64,000 nt of DNA from the human T2T-CHM13v2.0 reference genome, Homo sapiens, in NCBI RefSeq assembly GCF_009914755.1, contig NC_060931.1. One strand, given 5' to 3'. Below, in pieces: positions 39,736 through 52,849 of this stretch (its first letter is position 1; each line of letters opens with the position of its first letter). The notes beneath the pieces were generated by a model. It was not told the DNA's origin. It saw only the letters and a list, made by a program, of their open reading frames with translations, and did not search any database. The position numbers and the translations under genes are program-made.

Positions 39736-39811
39736 TTAATGTGTATTAATCCTTCCTTTGCATGTTGAAAGAAATTAATGTATTAATGTGTATTAATCCT
39801 TCCTTTGCATG
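39736..39811. repeat. Perfect 29-bp direct repeat with 18-bp spacer
   Basis: TTAATGTGTATTAATCCTTCCTTTGCATG at 39736-39764 and 39783-39811. Confidence 0.9.
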
Positions 39812-40239
39812 GAATCCGAGTCCTTTCATGTTTTGGGGGCACACACATCAGGTCCTGTGCATTGTGTCTGGGAGGAGAATGAAACCAGAGGCTAGAGTGA
39901 TGCTCTGTACCCTGTGCATTTCCTAGGAATGCATGTGGATTTGCCATGACACCACCTCCAATGCTTTTCTGATCCCCTTTGTAACCTGTGTCATTGCAGA
40001 ACAAATACCAGGATTACTGTGGTGATCTGTGTGACTGCACCCACTGCCACTTCTGCCTGACAGCCCTCCACCCACACCCAAAGCCTCTGCTGCTGTCTTC
40101 CTTCCCAACCACATCACTGTGACTTTCTGGGAAAGGCCACCTTTGGCTCAATCCAGTGGACAAGTCCCAATCCTAACCTTCCTCGACACCTAAACTGACA
40201 CAGTTTCCCACTCACACCTACAGCCCCATCTGTCCTTGG

Positions 40240-40760
40240 TGTACATGGCTTTGCCTGCCTCTCTGATGATTCACTGTCCTGTTCAGCAGTGACCTCTCCT
40301 GTCTGCTCCAGACTCTTCTACAACTGCTGCCTGGATATAGATCCTTAGAATTCGCAGAATCAAATCACACTTAATTTGTCCCAATCTTAATTCATTCTTT
40401 TTCTGCCCCATGCCTGCTCCTTGCAGTGAATTTTGTATCTTAGTGGACATTAGTGCCATCTTCCTAGTCACCTGGTTGGATACCAGGGAGTGAACCGAGG
40501 CCACAAACTTCCTATTTCCCCAAATCCAGGAAGCCAGCAAGTCTTGCAAACTGACTTTTGAATATGTCTTGACTCGACTCTTTTCCCACAATAATGGTCT
40601 TGTTCAGGCCATTATCATCTCACTCTTGCACGATGGCAGTAGTGTCTTTTGTGGCAATTCTTATCCTCTGTCCTTCTCTCTTTTAAAACCATCCTCACCG
40701 TGGTCCTGATGTGTAGTCATATCAGGGCTACATGTGGTCTTTAGGTCAAAAGATGTTTTG
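40240..40760 (+). mobile_element. L2 LINE fragment
   Basis: CCATCTTCCTAGTCACC...CCAGCAAGTCTTG...GTTCAGGCCATTATCATCTCACTCTTG...CCATCCTCAC. Confidence 0.65.
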
Positions 40761-41545
40761 GTCAAGATCCTAAAAAATGTTAGATAATTCAAGACAAAGC
40801 ATGGCCACAACATAGAATCTGGATACCGGCGTATCTTTGTGAGTGTGGGTGGGTGAGTGTGCATATAGGCACACATTAACCCACATATGCCCTACCTCAA
40901 CCACACAGGATTTACAGTGTCGGTTTGCAAGTTTTTTAGAAGCATGTGTTATTTTTTTCTGGGAGGGGAGGTTACGCTATAGTAGAAATTGAGGAAATCA
41001 GACAGGCAGTTACATGGAAATTAAATTAAAATTAAATTACATTAAATTAAAACGTAAGCTCCTTTAAGACAGCTGCTCATGATCTCTTGTTATGCCTCGC
41101 AACACTTAGCAAAATACCTTGTTTAATGTGATCGGGTTCAGACCCAGGAAAGAGGCAACTTGCATTAATCAAAAGCAGATGAGGGCAGTTGAGCCTTTGC
41201 AGGTTAAAATATGCCAGTCTTTGACGAGAAAATGGAGTGGATTTCAGAAGCAAAATATTTGTGTGTGATGAGTTGGAGTTTGGGAGGTTTTTATTTTTGG
41301 GCTTTTTTTTTTAATGGAAAAAAAGAAGTCCAAAGAAGCCAAAAAGACGCTAATGGATGAAATGCTTTGCACATATGGGATGGAAAATTGTGCTCGGCTA
41401 AGTCAAAAAGCAGCTCCTGAAGAACGTAATGTGGCTGCGGCTTCACAGGTGCCTGACCCGCTGCCCTGCGACAGTGCTGCTCTGTGTGTTTGGCCCTGCT
41501 CCTCCACTCCAGCCGGCAAAGGGGGAAGAATGGATTCAGTCAGGC

Positions 41546-41560
41546 AGAAACTTCTAGAAC
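41546..41560. promoter_or_regulatory. Perfect three-pentamer heat-shock element
   Basis: aGAAa cTTCt aGAAc. Confidence 0.45.
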
Positions 41561-42589
41561 CGCTTCGAATTGCTGCTTGTGCCAAAGAAGATCTCCTCCT
41601 TCTCACCCTTTTATCCACACACAGGAGCATTGAAGAACTAAACAGCTCTCATCTCAACTTCCTCCCAACCTCACTCTTGGCTCGTCCTCCTCTGAGGAGC
41701 AGCTGTTTTTCAGCTGATGTTTAAGCTCACACACTCTAAGTTAAATTACTCCATTTCTTAAAAAAAAAAAAAACAAAAAAAAACGGAGCTCCTTTTTCCC
41801 AGTTTGCTTTAATTCCCCCTAAATATCATTCCTACAGGGGTGCCTCACTTTACACATTTTTAACTCTCCTCCAGAACATATGGTTTATACACAGCAGTAT
41901 AAATCCAATATTTGCAAATTGAATCAGGATTGAAATTCACCAAGAAAGGATACCATTTAAAGAAACCATGTGGGGAATTCTTTTTTTCTCTTTTACATTT
42001 CTTTTCTTTCTTTTTATTCCCCTTGAAGCCAAGAATCCTTTGATAATGCAAATGATTGATTCTTTTCACTCTTTTTTTCGAAACATTAGATGTACATTGG
42101 AATTTCTCAACAAGAGACAAGCACTTGTTTCCAGGCAAGCAGTTACTCATAGGCAGGGGAACTAGCTTTGTGTGTCTCTCCTCATTTTCCCAGCTTGTTA
42201 TTACTCTTTAAAGAATGGTGACTATGCAGGAACGTAATATTTAATACAAGTAGTAGAGTTCATATGTCCAAAAGAATGCCATCCCCTCCAAGTCATCATG
42301 TTGGGACCACCTAGAAGTCTGGCACTGTACTTTTGGCATTGTTTTTTGTTCTAGCTTGGGAAGGACCCTAGGAGGACAGTGTAGTGAGCCTGTAGACACA
42401 GCATGCCAGTTCCAGGGACAGCTGTGGTCCTATTGTGTGCTCAGAACCTGGTCGTCAGAAAAGTTGGTCTTCAGCATCCCCATCCTCCTATTCATTGGCC
42501 TTGAACTTCTCCGTGGAAATCTGTTTCCCTCAGCCCCTTGTCTCTACCTTTCCTCTTTCCTCATAGGATCAGTAGCCAACTTTAAATAG

Positions 42590-43060
42590 CACCACTTGTA
42601 AGCTAGGCACAGTTCCCACCACTTTACATATATCAACTCATCTCATCTGCACAAAACTCCTTGCAGTAGGTGCATGGTCATCATCTCCATCTGGCACAAC
42701 AGAAGGCTCAGGCGCAGAGAGGTGCAGGCCACATAATGAATGGCAGAGCTTGGATTACAAGGTTTAATCACGCCCTCACAGGGTTTCTGGCCTGGGCTCG
42801 GGAAGGAGCCATATCTGACTTCACACCTGATGGTGAGCCACATCAGCATGTCAGTGTGCTTCCACATTCTTCTGCAATAGCGACAGCTCATGTTTATTTC
42901 ACACGTAGTAGATATGAGGCCTTTTGCTAAGTGGTTTGCTGTCTTACTTTATCCTTACAGCACTCCTTACATCCTCTCAATTATCCCCACTTATAAGTTA
43001 AGAAGCTGGGTTATATAACTCACACAAGGCAACAGAACTATCTAGTTGGTGGCAAGGGGG
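42590..43060 (-). mobile_element. Two MIR fragments
   Basis: CTAGGCACAGTTCC...ACTTTACATATATCAACTCAT...AGGCTCAGGCGCAGAGAGGT; second copy TAGCGACAGCTCATGTTTATT...ATTATCCCCACTT. Confidence 0.65.
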
Positions 43061-43099
43061 TTCACCTGCAAACGTTCTCTACCACCATAGGTATAGTTA

Positions 43100-43427
<328 letters not shown>

Positions 43428-43689
43428 GAATAAATCGGACCTCCATTAACGAAATTTCAGAATAGTGGGATGAATAAAAGGTTTTTAGGGACAGGGTTAG
43501 AAGTCGCTGATATTTTATCATGCAAATCTGACCCTTCTTACTGGATCCACTCTCGCTCCCTACAACTCATATACACACATATGAGCACACACGTATGCCC
43601 ATCCTTGTACAGGCACACACATGCATGCACCCATGTACACACTCCCATGCCCATGCACACACACCGAAGAAGCTGGTTCATAAGACAGA

Positions 43690-43835
43690 AGTTCTCACCA
43701 CAAAGAAATGATAAATGCGTGAGGTGATGAATAAGCTAAATATACTGATTGGATCATTATAAACATATGGGTGTATCAAAACATCAAATTGTACCCCTTA
43801 AATATGTACAATTACAATGAGTCAATGAAAAAAAA
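43690..43835 (+). mobile_element. L1MA-type LINE-1 3' end
   Basis: GTTCTCACCACAAAGAAATGATAAATGCGTGAGGTGATG...GTACCCCTTAAATATGTACAATTA...poly(A). Confidence 0.85.
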
Positions 43836-44394
43836 TGCAACACTCTTTAGTAAGTTAGAATAAGCTGAATAAAATCCCATGCCGGTTAAAACCTTTTTCC
43901 TCCAGGAGGGGGGTGTCCTGCTGACTTCCTTGTCAGGAGGCTACTTCAACTGAGCCTCCAAACAGCCTGCTCTTAGTAATTATTTTGGTATGGATTTGTT
44001 TGGGTTATGTCCTTACTGACAGACTTACCAAGGCTTCCCATTCTTTATAAGAACACATCTTAACTTCTTAGTTTATCACTGGGGTCTTTTTCAATCTGTT
44101 CCAAACTTAACTTCCCTTCTTGCTCTATCATCTTCCTGCCACCATGCACCCTACACTTCTGTTTCCCTGGATGACTTAATTAATGTCGAATGTGTATTCC
44201 TTTGTCATTGTATTCCTTCATCACTTTGTCATGGCTGTTCCTTTGCCTTCCATATCTTCTCAGACTTTTGAGCTCCTGTTCATTGATCGAGACTTGGCTG
44301 ACGTGTGTTTCCTCTGTGAAGCCGCCCAATGGTTTGTCCAGATATTATTACATGGAAATTCTTCAAGGTAGTGGGGCAGCACACCAACAGCGCC

Positions 44395-44595
44395 TGTATT
44401 TCACTTATGTGTTCAGGGCCTGCAGTCAACACTTCATACCGATTAGCTCTTTCAGTCCTCTCCACAACCGTATAGCCTCATTTTATCCTTGAGGAAGCTG
44501 AGGCACAGACAGGTCATGGAACTTCCTCAAGACCATGCACATGGCAAGTAGCAGAACCAAGAGCTGAAGCCAGGCAGACTGAGTTTTCCTCATCC
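44395..44595 (-). mobile_element. MIR SINE
   Basis: TGAGGAAGCTGAGGCACAGACAGGTCATGGAACTTCCTCAAGACCA...GCCAGGCAGACTG. Confidence 0.75.
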
Positions 44596-45254
44596 TCTTT
44601 TTTTTTTTAAATGCTTACCCCAGCATGAAGTCTGGGGAGGGCAGGAAATGTTCTGTGTGGAGCCTTGCATTTGCTAGCGCCTCATACCAGGGGCTTCAGT
44701 GCATGCTTGTGACTGAAGGAAGATGTGCTGATGTTTCATACAGGCTTGTTCAATAATGGAAGGAAGTTTTTGAGATGAGGCCGATCATTCCAATTCCTGC
44801 CGCTTCAGGATGGTAGAGAAAAAAACAGAGAGGGAGACATGCTGTCCACAATGACTTGTGTCTGACATTTACCTTAAATCAAAGAATGCTGATGGAAGGA
44901 GTTATGAGGACTCTCTATCAAAACCTATCTAAGAGTCAGCCTGACCTTAAATGGAGTGTCTCCAAGCCTCATTGCTCAATTTCAGTGTGGACTTCACTCT
45001 CAAAGCCTAGCAGGAATTAAGTTTTTTGTCAGCTTTCCCACACACATGAGGCTCACTTTGGCATTTCCAGGTGGCCTGGGTCATAGCATAGCCTCCAAGC
45101 TTCACCGACCTGGGACTTCTTGGGAGGTTTTAGCCTGGGCTGTGCTGCATAGGTGTGCATTGTGTGAGGCTGAGGTGGTGGTGGGCGTGGAAGAGAGCTC
45201 ATCAGTCTTCATTTCATGGCATAGAAATAATCAAGCCTGGATATTAATTTTGTG

Positions 45255-45480
45255 GTAATTGCTCCCCGCTTCGTGTTTACAGAGAGAGAGAAACAGCTGG
45301 GGCGGTTGACATCTGAAACAGGAGCCGCTGATCATTACTTGCGCAGCAGATGGGCTTGAGTTATGAATAAGCAGCAAATGTGAAAAAGAGATTCGCAGGG
45401 GTGAGCCAGGCTTGCTTCGTGCAAAACCGGTTAACCCTTCCTTGCTGTTTGCCACAGTTGCTGCGGGTTCAAGGTTTGGA
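45255..45480. promoter_or_regulatory. Putative enhancer (locally CpG-retaining, FOX, E-box and GRHL motifs)
   Basis: TGTTTAC 45274-45280, CAGCTG 45294-45299, CAGATG, AACCGGTT 45425-45432, in unique sequence with many CpGs. Confidence 0.35.
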
Positions 45481-46039
45481 TTGCTGGGCTGCCTCTTTTT
45501 ATGGTTAGAGACCTGGTACCACCAGATGTGACAGGGAATAAAGTAAAACTGGACTAAAAAAATGCATGAGAAAAGCCCGTGCATGTTTGATAAGTAAGCG
45601 TGAGATCGAAACACAACACAGACCCTGCTACCAATGAACGGCAATGCAGCCCCTCTGCCTGGATTTACTCTCCTAGCGTACGCATAAATCAACACCTCCA
45701 AAGTGGGTCGGCCTCAGGAGGAATAGGGAGTCCATCTGATGAGGATCCTGGACAGGATGTGATTTGAGAGGTGTCAGAAAGTTCCCATTTTCCACCAATA
45801 CCTCCTCAACTAACTTCTCACCAATGTCTGCAATTTTATATTTAGGAGAGCGTTCCTTCATGTTACATAACTGAACAAAGCTCATCAAAATGCAATGTCC
45901 TTGAGAGGGGTGACATGTTGAGACTCATGAGTTTGTCAGATCCTTTCCAGACTTCATCTTTCGAAGCTCTCAGAGAGCAGCTCCCTGTGGAGTTGGACAA
46001 ATGATGGGGGAGAGGTTAAGCTGAAGAGGGGCCCTGAGC

Positions 46040-46290
46040 ATAGTGAATGCCTTGAGCATCTGGCTTAACCTGGCTCTGCCACTTACTAGCCATGTAACCT
46101 TGGGCCAAGGGCCAAGCCTTGACCTTGAGGCACATAGCCTAAGTTTTGGAATCCTCATTTTTAAAAAGTCAAAATAACAACAGGTACTGTGACTAGGTCA
46201 TAGGAGTTAGTGCATATCAGACATGGCAAAGATTATGGGAACACCTTGATAGCTACAAAGCAATATACAAGTATAAAATAATAGTGGTGG
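46040..46290 (+). mobile_element. MIR SINE
   Basis: CCTGGCTCTGCCACTTACTAGCCATGTAACCTTGGGC core. Confidence 0.75.
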
Positions 46291-47381
46291 GATGATCGTG
46301 CTTGGAGGGGTGGTGTAGGTCACAGCAGTTCTTGTGATAGGAGGCTTGGTACTTTTCAGAAACTACAAAATATATTGGTGTTGGGGGTATGCAGAAGCGC
46401 TTGGAGCCTCTTTGCAGCTCTAGTAACCAAAGCCTTTGTCACAGGAGGCATAATATGGCTAACCAGGAGTCGCTCCTAAGTTGCAGTTATCGAGGGGACT
46501 CCTACCAGCATTGCATGGAGCAGGGCATGGAATTTATATTTCTGCTTAATATTGAGGGATATTCTGACCTAACCCAAGAGGCAGAATTAGGTCTTTCCAT
46601 AACCACAGCAGGCAGAGAACACAAATCAGGAATATCAGAGGTAACCTGGAACCCAACAAAAAGAGGAAGAACTCGGGAGGAAATGGGAGAGAATGCCCAG
46701 GGACCCAGGCAGAACAGGCAATCAGTATCTCCAGATGGGACTGGCGGGAAGCACAGCCTCATTAGCAATTCCTGATAAAGACCGATCTTAAAATTAACTT
46801 TGAGACACTTTATCAGCAGGAGAGATGAGGGAAAGCCCTGCTATAAGAAAATGAGGTCATGGGGTAGATCTACTGGTGTTCAGAACACCAGTAGAGCTGG
46901 AGGAATATGAGCTTAACTTGACGGATATCACAACACTAGCTTACTCCCAGTCTATGAGTTCCCAACAACTCCTAAACGTGGAAGAACTGCAAATTTATAT
47001 TAAAGCCACTTTTAAAAAAATTGCTGATTTATGGTATGTATTAATTTGTATTGACTTGTATCTTAAAATATCATTCTCCATCCATTTTTAACAAATCCTC
47101 TTCTTTTACCTTCCTAAGGTCTCCTGTTAAGGAACACTTACAAGGTATGTTTACAGGTAGACGTATTCACCTGGTGGGTTGAATGAACTATTATAACCAA
47201 GATGTTGATATCTAGTGTGGTCAGAAGCTCATATAATAGATTATTGTTTCAGCTGGGCTGGCAACTTGGTTTGCTCCACAAGATAAAGCTTACAACCTGA
47301 ATTTTTCTGCCCATTTCAGCTCCAAAGCTCATCATTTTCATCTCAAACCATCATTTGATGGCATTTCCCTTAAAATGTCAC

Positions 47382-47761
47382 TAATGTGGTTTAGCTATGT
47401 CCCCACACAAATCTCATCTTGGATTGTAGTTCCCATAATCCCCACATGTTGGGGGAGGAAGCCAGTGGGAGGTAATTGAATCATGGGGGCAGTTACCCCC
47501 ATACTTATTTTCTGATGATAGTGAGTGAGTTCTCATGAGATCTGATGGTTTTATAGGGGGCTTCCCCCAACTACTTACCCTGCACTTGTCTTTCCTGCTG
47601 CCATGTGAAGAAGGACCTGTTTGCTTTCCCTTCTGCCATGATTGTAAGTTTCCTGAGGCCTCCCCAGCCCTGTGGAACTGTGAGTCAATTAAACCTCTTT
47701 CCTTTATAAATTACCCAGTATCGGGTATTTCTTCATAGCAGCATGAGAACAGACTAATACA
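47382..47761 (+). mobile_element. THE1C-like MaLR solo LTR, complete
   Basis: GTCCCCACACAAATCTCATCTTG...GAGATCTGATGGTTTTATA...GTGAGTCAATTAAACCTCTTTCCTTTATAAATTACCCAGT...AGACTAATACA; 5-bp TSD GTCAC / GTTAC. Confidence 0.95.
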
Positions 47762-47786
47762 GTTACTTTTGTTGACTCCTGGTGTG

Positions 47787-47828
47787 GTATATATGTATGT
47801 ATGTATATGTATGTCTATATATATATAC
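47787..47828. repeat. (TA)/(TATG)n simple repeat
   Basis: TATATATGTATGTATGTATATGTATGTCTATATATATATA. Confidence 0.8.
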
Positions 47829-50800
47829 TCTCTCACTGCTCTGGGAATAACAATTATTGTTCTTGGGTTGGGCTTTATTTTGGATATCTTTCTAAAATCC
47901 TGAGTGAAAGGAATCTCAGAATTGGCTGCTGATTTCTCCACATTACAAAGCTGAAGTTCTCCCTTAATTTACTTTTCTTTTTCTATTCCTTTCCTGATGA
48001 TTTTTTCTTGTTCTTATCCTTATCATAGCACGTGCTTTAGTGGTTTCTCTTGTGCCTGTCAGTTTAGGGCTCCAGCCCTTTCCCAAAGGTCCCACATTTA
48101 GGTTTTAGGGTCATCAGGGGGTTTCCAAGTGATCTCACAGTCAGTTCTCTTTAAGCTTCAACCACCAAGACCCTTCCTCTCTTGCTCAATCTGTCAGTGT
48201 CACCTCTGTCACCACCTCTCACACTTAACAGGACCCAAATTCACTCTTGAGGTGCTGGCACCCAGGTGTGCTAGAGCTTAGCTCTTTGGTGAGTCCTCCA
48301 TGTGCCAGAGCTGCTCAGGGTCCTTTACAGGAATTAGAAACATTGTCCTCATGGTGCTTTTGAGTAATGCTAAGATAGAGGAGGAAAAGCTAAACTTTTA
48401 CCTCAAATTATTTAGAGAATTTAGCAGATCCCACTGCCATCCCTGCCTCTCCAGAACTGGGCAAAACATGATACTCTGAGTGCTGCCACATCCACTGTCC
48501 CCATCTGAGGCCATAAGCCACGGCAGTCCCTCGGGCACAAATCAAAATGGGTCACACCATGGGATCCCGTGAGCTGGTCTCACCTGTGGACCAAGGGTGG
48601 GGATCGGGGCCAAAGACAGTCCTCTGGATAGAGGTCAGCCAATGGGCAGATTGGGGGAAAGCTCTCATCAACAGGGCACTGATAGGGATTAACTTAACCA
48701 GGAAACCCTTCCTTGTGGAGTTTGAACCCAAAATACGCAGTCACTAGATTACTTGATCACAGAGACAGGGAGGAGGCACAGCACCAATATGGCAGGGCCC
48801 TGGGGAAGAGAAAATCACAGGCTCTTGACCTGGGGAAAATGAGGCGTTTCGATCAGCAAGGTCTGGGTTTTGCCGTAGATAGCATTTAAGTCCAAGTAAA
48901 GAATGATCCCTTCATTTTGTCTCCTTTCAAGCAGCAGCCCTCAAATAAGGTGGACAGCCTATGTCTATTCCTTGTGACCCAAAAGAGTCTAATGATTTGG
49001 CTCTTGCCCCCTCCCCTACTCTCCTGCTGGAGCAAGGAGGGATTACTATGTTGCCAACTGGGCTGCTCCTGGAAAAGAGAGCTGCTTTTTCCCCTTAATC
49101 CTTTTGATACCAACAATTAGAGTTCAGAGGAAAATAACAGCCTCAAACATAACTAATGCAGTGCTAGTCCCAGCCAAGGTGCCGTCCCTACCCTCTCTAT
49201 GTGGCAAAACTCCCCACTGGAGGAACCAAGGAATCAGGAACTTTGGGCTTAGGTAATGACTGCAGAATTGGGCCCAAGCTGAGTCAGCCACAGCCCTTGG
49301 CATATCCCCAAGTGAAAGAAACAGCAGGTTGAGGGTTACTTAAGATATGAACTCTTTAAACCCTCTCCCATTGGGAATGCTGACAAGCCAGATAAAGTGC
49401 CTCCCTTCCTTTGTCCCTCCTCATCTCAGCAAATGACAAAGTGCAGGTTGTTGCCTCCAGGTGAGCACAGCTCTGAGGAAACAAGGAAAGCAAACAAATA
49501 CTGCTGTGTGGCTGAGTGGTTCCCAGGCTCCATTTCAAAGGCAGTCCCTTATGGCTTTGTTTGCTCCTGTTTTTCCCAGCATAGGTGTTTGATATCACAC
49601 AGACCCATTCTGAATTTCCAAGAAGAGGAGTATTTAGTTTACAGTGGGTAGCCGAGAGTATCCTAGTTTGAAAAAGGGAATAAGTTATCTGTCCACCAGG
49701 TATATTTAAAAGCCCCTGATTGTGCTGGTATCAAGGTGCTGATGGGACATGAGAAAGTTCAATTCGGGTATCTGAGAAAAGCACCTATGGCAATGGCTTT
49801 TCTGAGACAACTCACTGGCATTATTCACCCTTGGTTGAAGGTCAGCATTCTCACTGGAACCTCACTCCCGGTTCCCAGCTTCAGGTGTGGCAGGAGAAGG
49901 TTAGGACATCAGGTGATTGCTTACACAGGTACACTTGGAAAAGACTCAATACACTTCAGAGAAAATAGTAAGTGTGGGATTCCTCTAACACCCCATGTAT
50001 CATCAGCGATGTGTTGAAACTCTCACAACTATTCCCCATTTTTCCTCTGACACAGACATGACTAAATTGTCAGGAGAATTTCTATTCTGCTTCCCTTTAC
50101 TCTAGCCCAGAGAGATACCAAAATGCGCAAGCCTCGGCCATCATCAAGGAACTGAGAAAATGTGTCTTCAACCATGAGGAGGAAAATTCAAAGGAGTTCC
50201 GAACACATACAAATACATGTAAAGGGACAGAGATGAAAGGAATGGAGCCATCGGAGCGGGAGTACAGGGGGAGAGGGAGCAGCACCTATGCCCAAGCCCC
50301 GACTGGGCAGCCTGGGCCAGCCCTCAGGATGAGAGCAAGGTTCTCAATGCCCTTCCTCACCTCCCTCCTCAATGATGTTCTTCATCCTCACCATCCCATC
50401 ACCTCCAGAGACTAGTGTGTTTGTGGCACCCTTCTTCCCAGTCAAGCCTGCTCTCAGAAATCATCCTTGGGAAGGTAAGAACAATAGATGGGGCATAGTA
50501 TATCTTTCAACAATGCCTTGAGTATTTGCATTTTCACAGAGGAAGTATTGAAGATGGTACCTCAGTTCGAGGTTTTCAAAAAGGACTTATAGGTAAATAA
50601 ATCACACAGACAATGGCACCTGCCTAAAGATTAGTGTAATATAAGTGCTTTGTCCCTGGAACACAAGGCGATATTGTTAGCAAAAACTTTTATTGAAAAA
50701 TATCTCATCAATTAGAAAACATGATAAAGCCTTCCTCTGTCCACCCATGTTCCCTCACTTCCAATTCCATGCCACATGCAGGAAATGGCTTGGGCAGTAT

Positions 50801-51519
50801 GCCCGCAGGCTAGGGTCAGCCGTGTGCTAGCAGCTGGACTCAGCACATCTAACACGTACATTATTCTAAACTTCAGGGCATTTTGAGGCATGACTGACAA
50901 TGGCAACAGGGGTGTGGATTGCCTTCACGTGCACTGGGCTTGCATTTGAGTGCCAGGCTGTAGCTGTGTGTCAAGCATGGGAAATTCCTTACCTACTCTT
51001 GCTATCAATAAATGATTCGTACAGCTCACAGAGGAATCCATTTCTAATCACATGGTCAGCCATCAGAGCAGCTTGGACGCTTGCTTCTGCCCTGGGCGGG
51101 TCCAGGTCAGATTCTCCTGAAGTAAAACACAGCCAGGGTAAAGAGAGGAGACCACCTGGGAAGTGGGCGTAGCCACAGAGCTGGCACCACACTCCCCCTG
51201 CATCCGTGGCCTGTGTGTCCCTCTGCGGTGCCAGGGATGCTGAGGGGAGTCTGTGGAGCAAATGTCCACAGTGTGACTGGGTGCCATGCACCCTTTTGGG
51301 GGCTTCATGTGGATAGTTTTCATAATCCCCATTCACAGATGATGAAACCAAAGGGTAGAAAGGCTGAAGTATTTGCTTGTCTTTGCATCCGCACATACTA
51401 ACTGACACCCCAACAGGGTTCTTCTCATGGTACCAGGTATTGTGAGAGGCTTGAAAGTACAAGAATGGCTCCTGATTTTAACGTTAAATATTTTTAATTT
51501 TTTCCCTTAGATATTTTCT

Positions 51520-51674
51520 GTTTTCTTTCTTTCTTTCTTTCTCTCTCTCTTTCTTTCTTCCTTCCTTCCTTCCTTGCTTTCTTTCTTTCTCTTTCTTTCC
51601 CTTCTTTCTTTCTTTCTTTCCTTCCTTCTTTCTCTTTCTTTCTCTCTTTCTTTCCCTTCTTTCTTTCTTTCTCT

Positions 51675-51746
<72 letters not shown>

Positions 51747-51782
51747 CTTTCTCTCTTCTTTCTGTCTTTTTTTTTTTTTTTT
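51520..51782. repeat. ~260-bp compound (TTTC)n/(TTCC)n/(TC)n polypyrimidine tract
   Basis: Almost pure pyrimidine run including a long perfect TTTC block; ends in the poly(T) of the adjacent Alu. Confidence 0.95.
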
Positions 51783-51889
51783 GAGACAGTCTCGCTCTGT
51801 TGTCTGGGCTGAAGTTTTGGCTCCTACAACCTCCACCTCTCAGGTTCAAGTGATTCTCCTGCCTCAGCCTCCCGAGTAGCTGAGATTAA

Positions 51890-52224
<335 letters not shown>

Positions 52225-52849
52225 GCACCGGGCTAATTTTTGTATTTTTCATAGAGATGGGGTTTCACCATGTTGGCCTGGATAGTCTTGAACTCGTGAC
52301 CTCAGGTGACCCGCCCACCTCAGCCTCCCAAAGAGCTGGGATTAGAGGTATAAGCCACCAGGCCCGGCCCCCTTAGATGTTTTCTAAGCATGGTTACCAA
52401 GAAACCCACAGAAAAAGAATATTTTCCCCCACCCCTTCATGTAGTTAAGGTGACAAGATTGATCCACATAAACAGTACATGCACAACTGAGCTTGGTGGT
52501 CCTATTTGAAAACGTGCCTCTGAAAAATACTTTGTATAAAATGTGAGGGTTAACTTTAAATAAAATATAAAACATTAAAACTACAACTATCCATATGCTT
52601 AATAAATTGCATTTATTGAAAGGAAAATGCATGCAATTTTTTAAAAATCACATACTTATATATATTCAGTGTATACTTTGATTAAGAAAATTAAAAATCA
52701 TGGCAGTTTTCAGTTGTATTAATAGGAGACCATCTAAAATGACTAACTACGAATTTGCCTTTCAGTTTTCTTTCTGATGTTTCTTTAAAAAGACAAACTA
52801 AAATAAACTAAAATGAAAATAACCTATAATTACATTACCTATATTTTAT

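Noticed and set aside
39736-39811. Repeat-spacer-repeat resembling a minimal CRISPR array
   Set aside because: Primate DNA, only two repeats, 18-nt spacer related to the repeat, no cas genes
51484-51879. K/E/R-rich and F/L/S-rich ORFs
   Set aside because: Artefacts of the (GAAA)n/(TTTC)n tract
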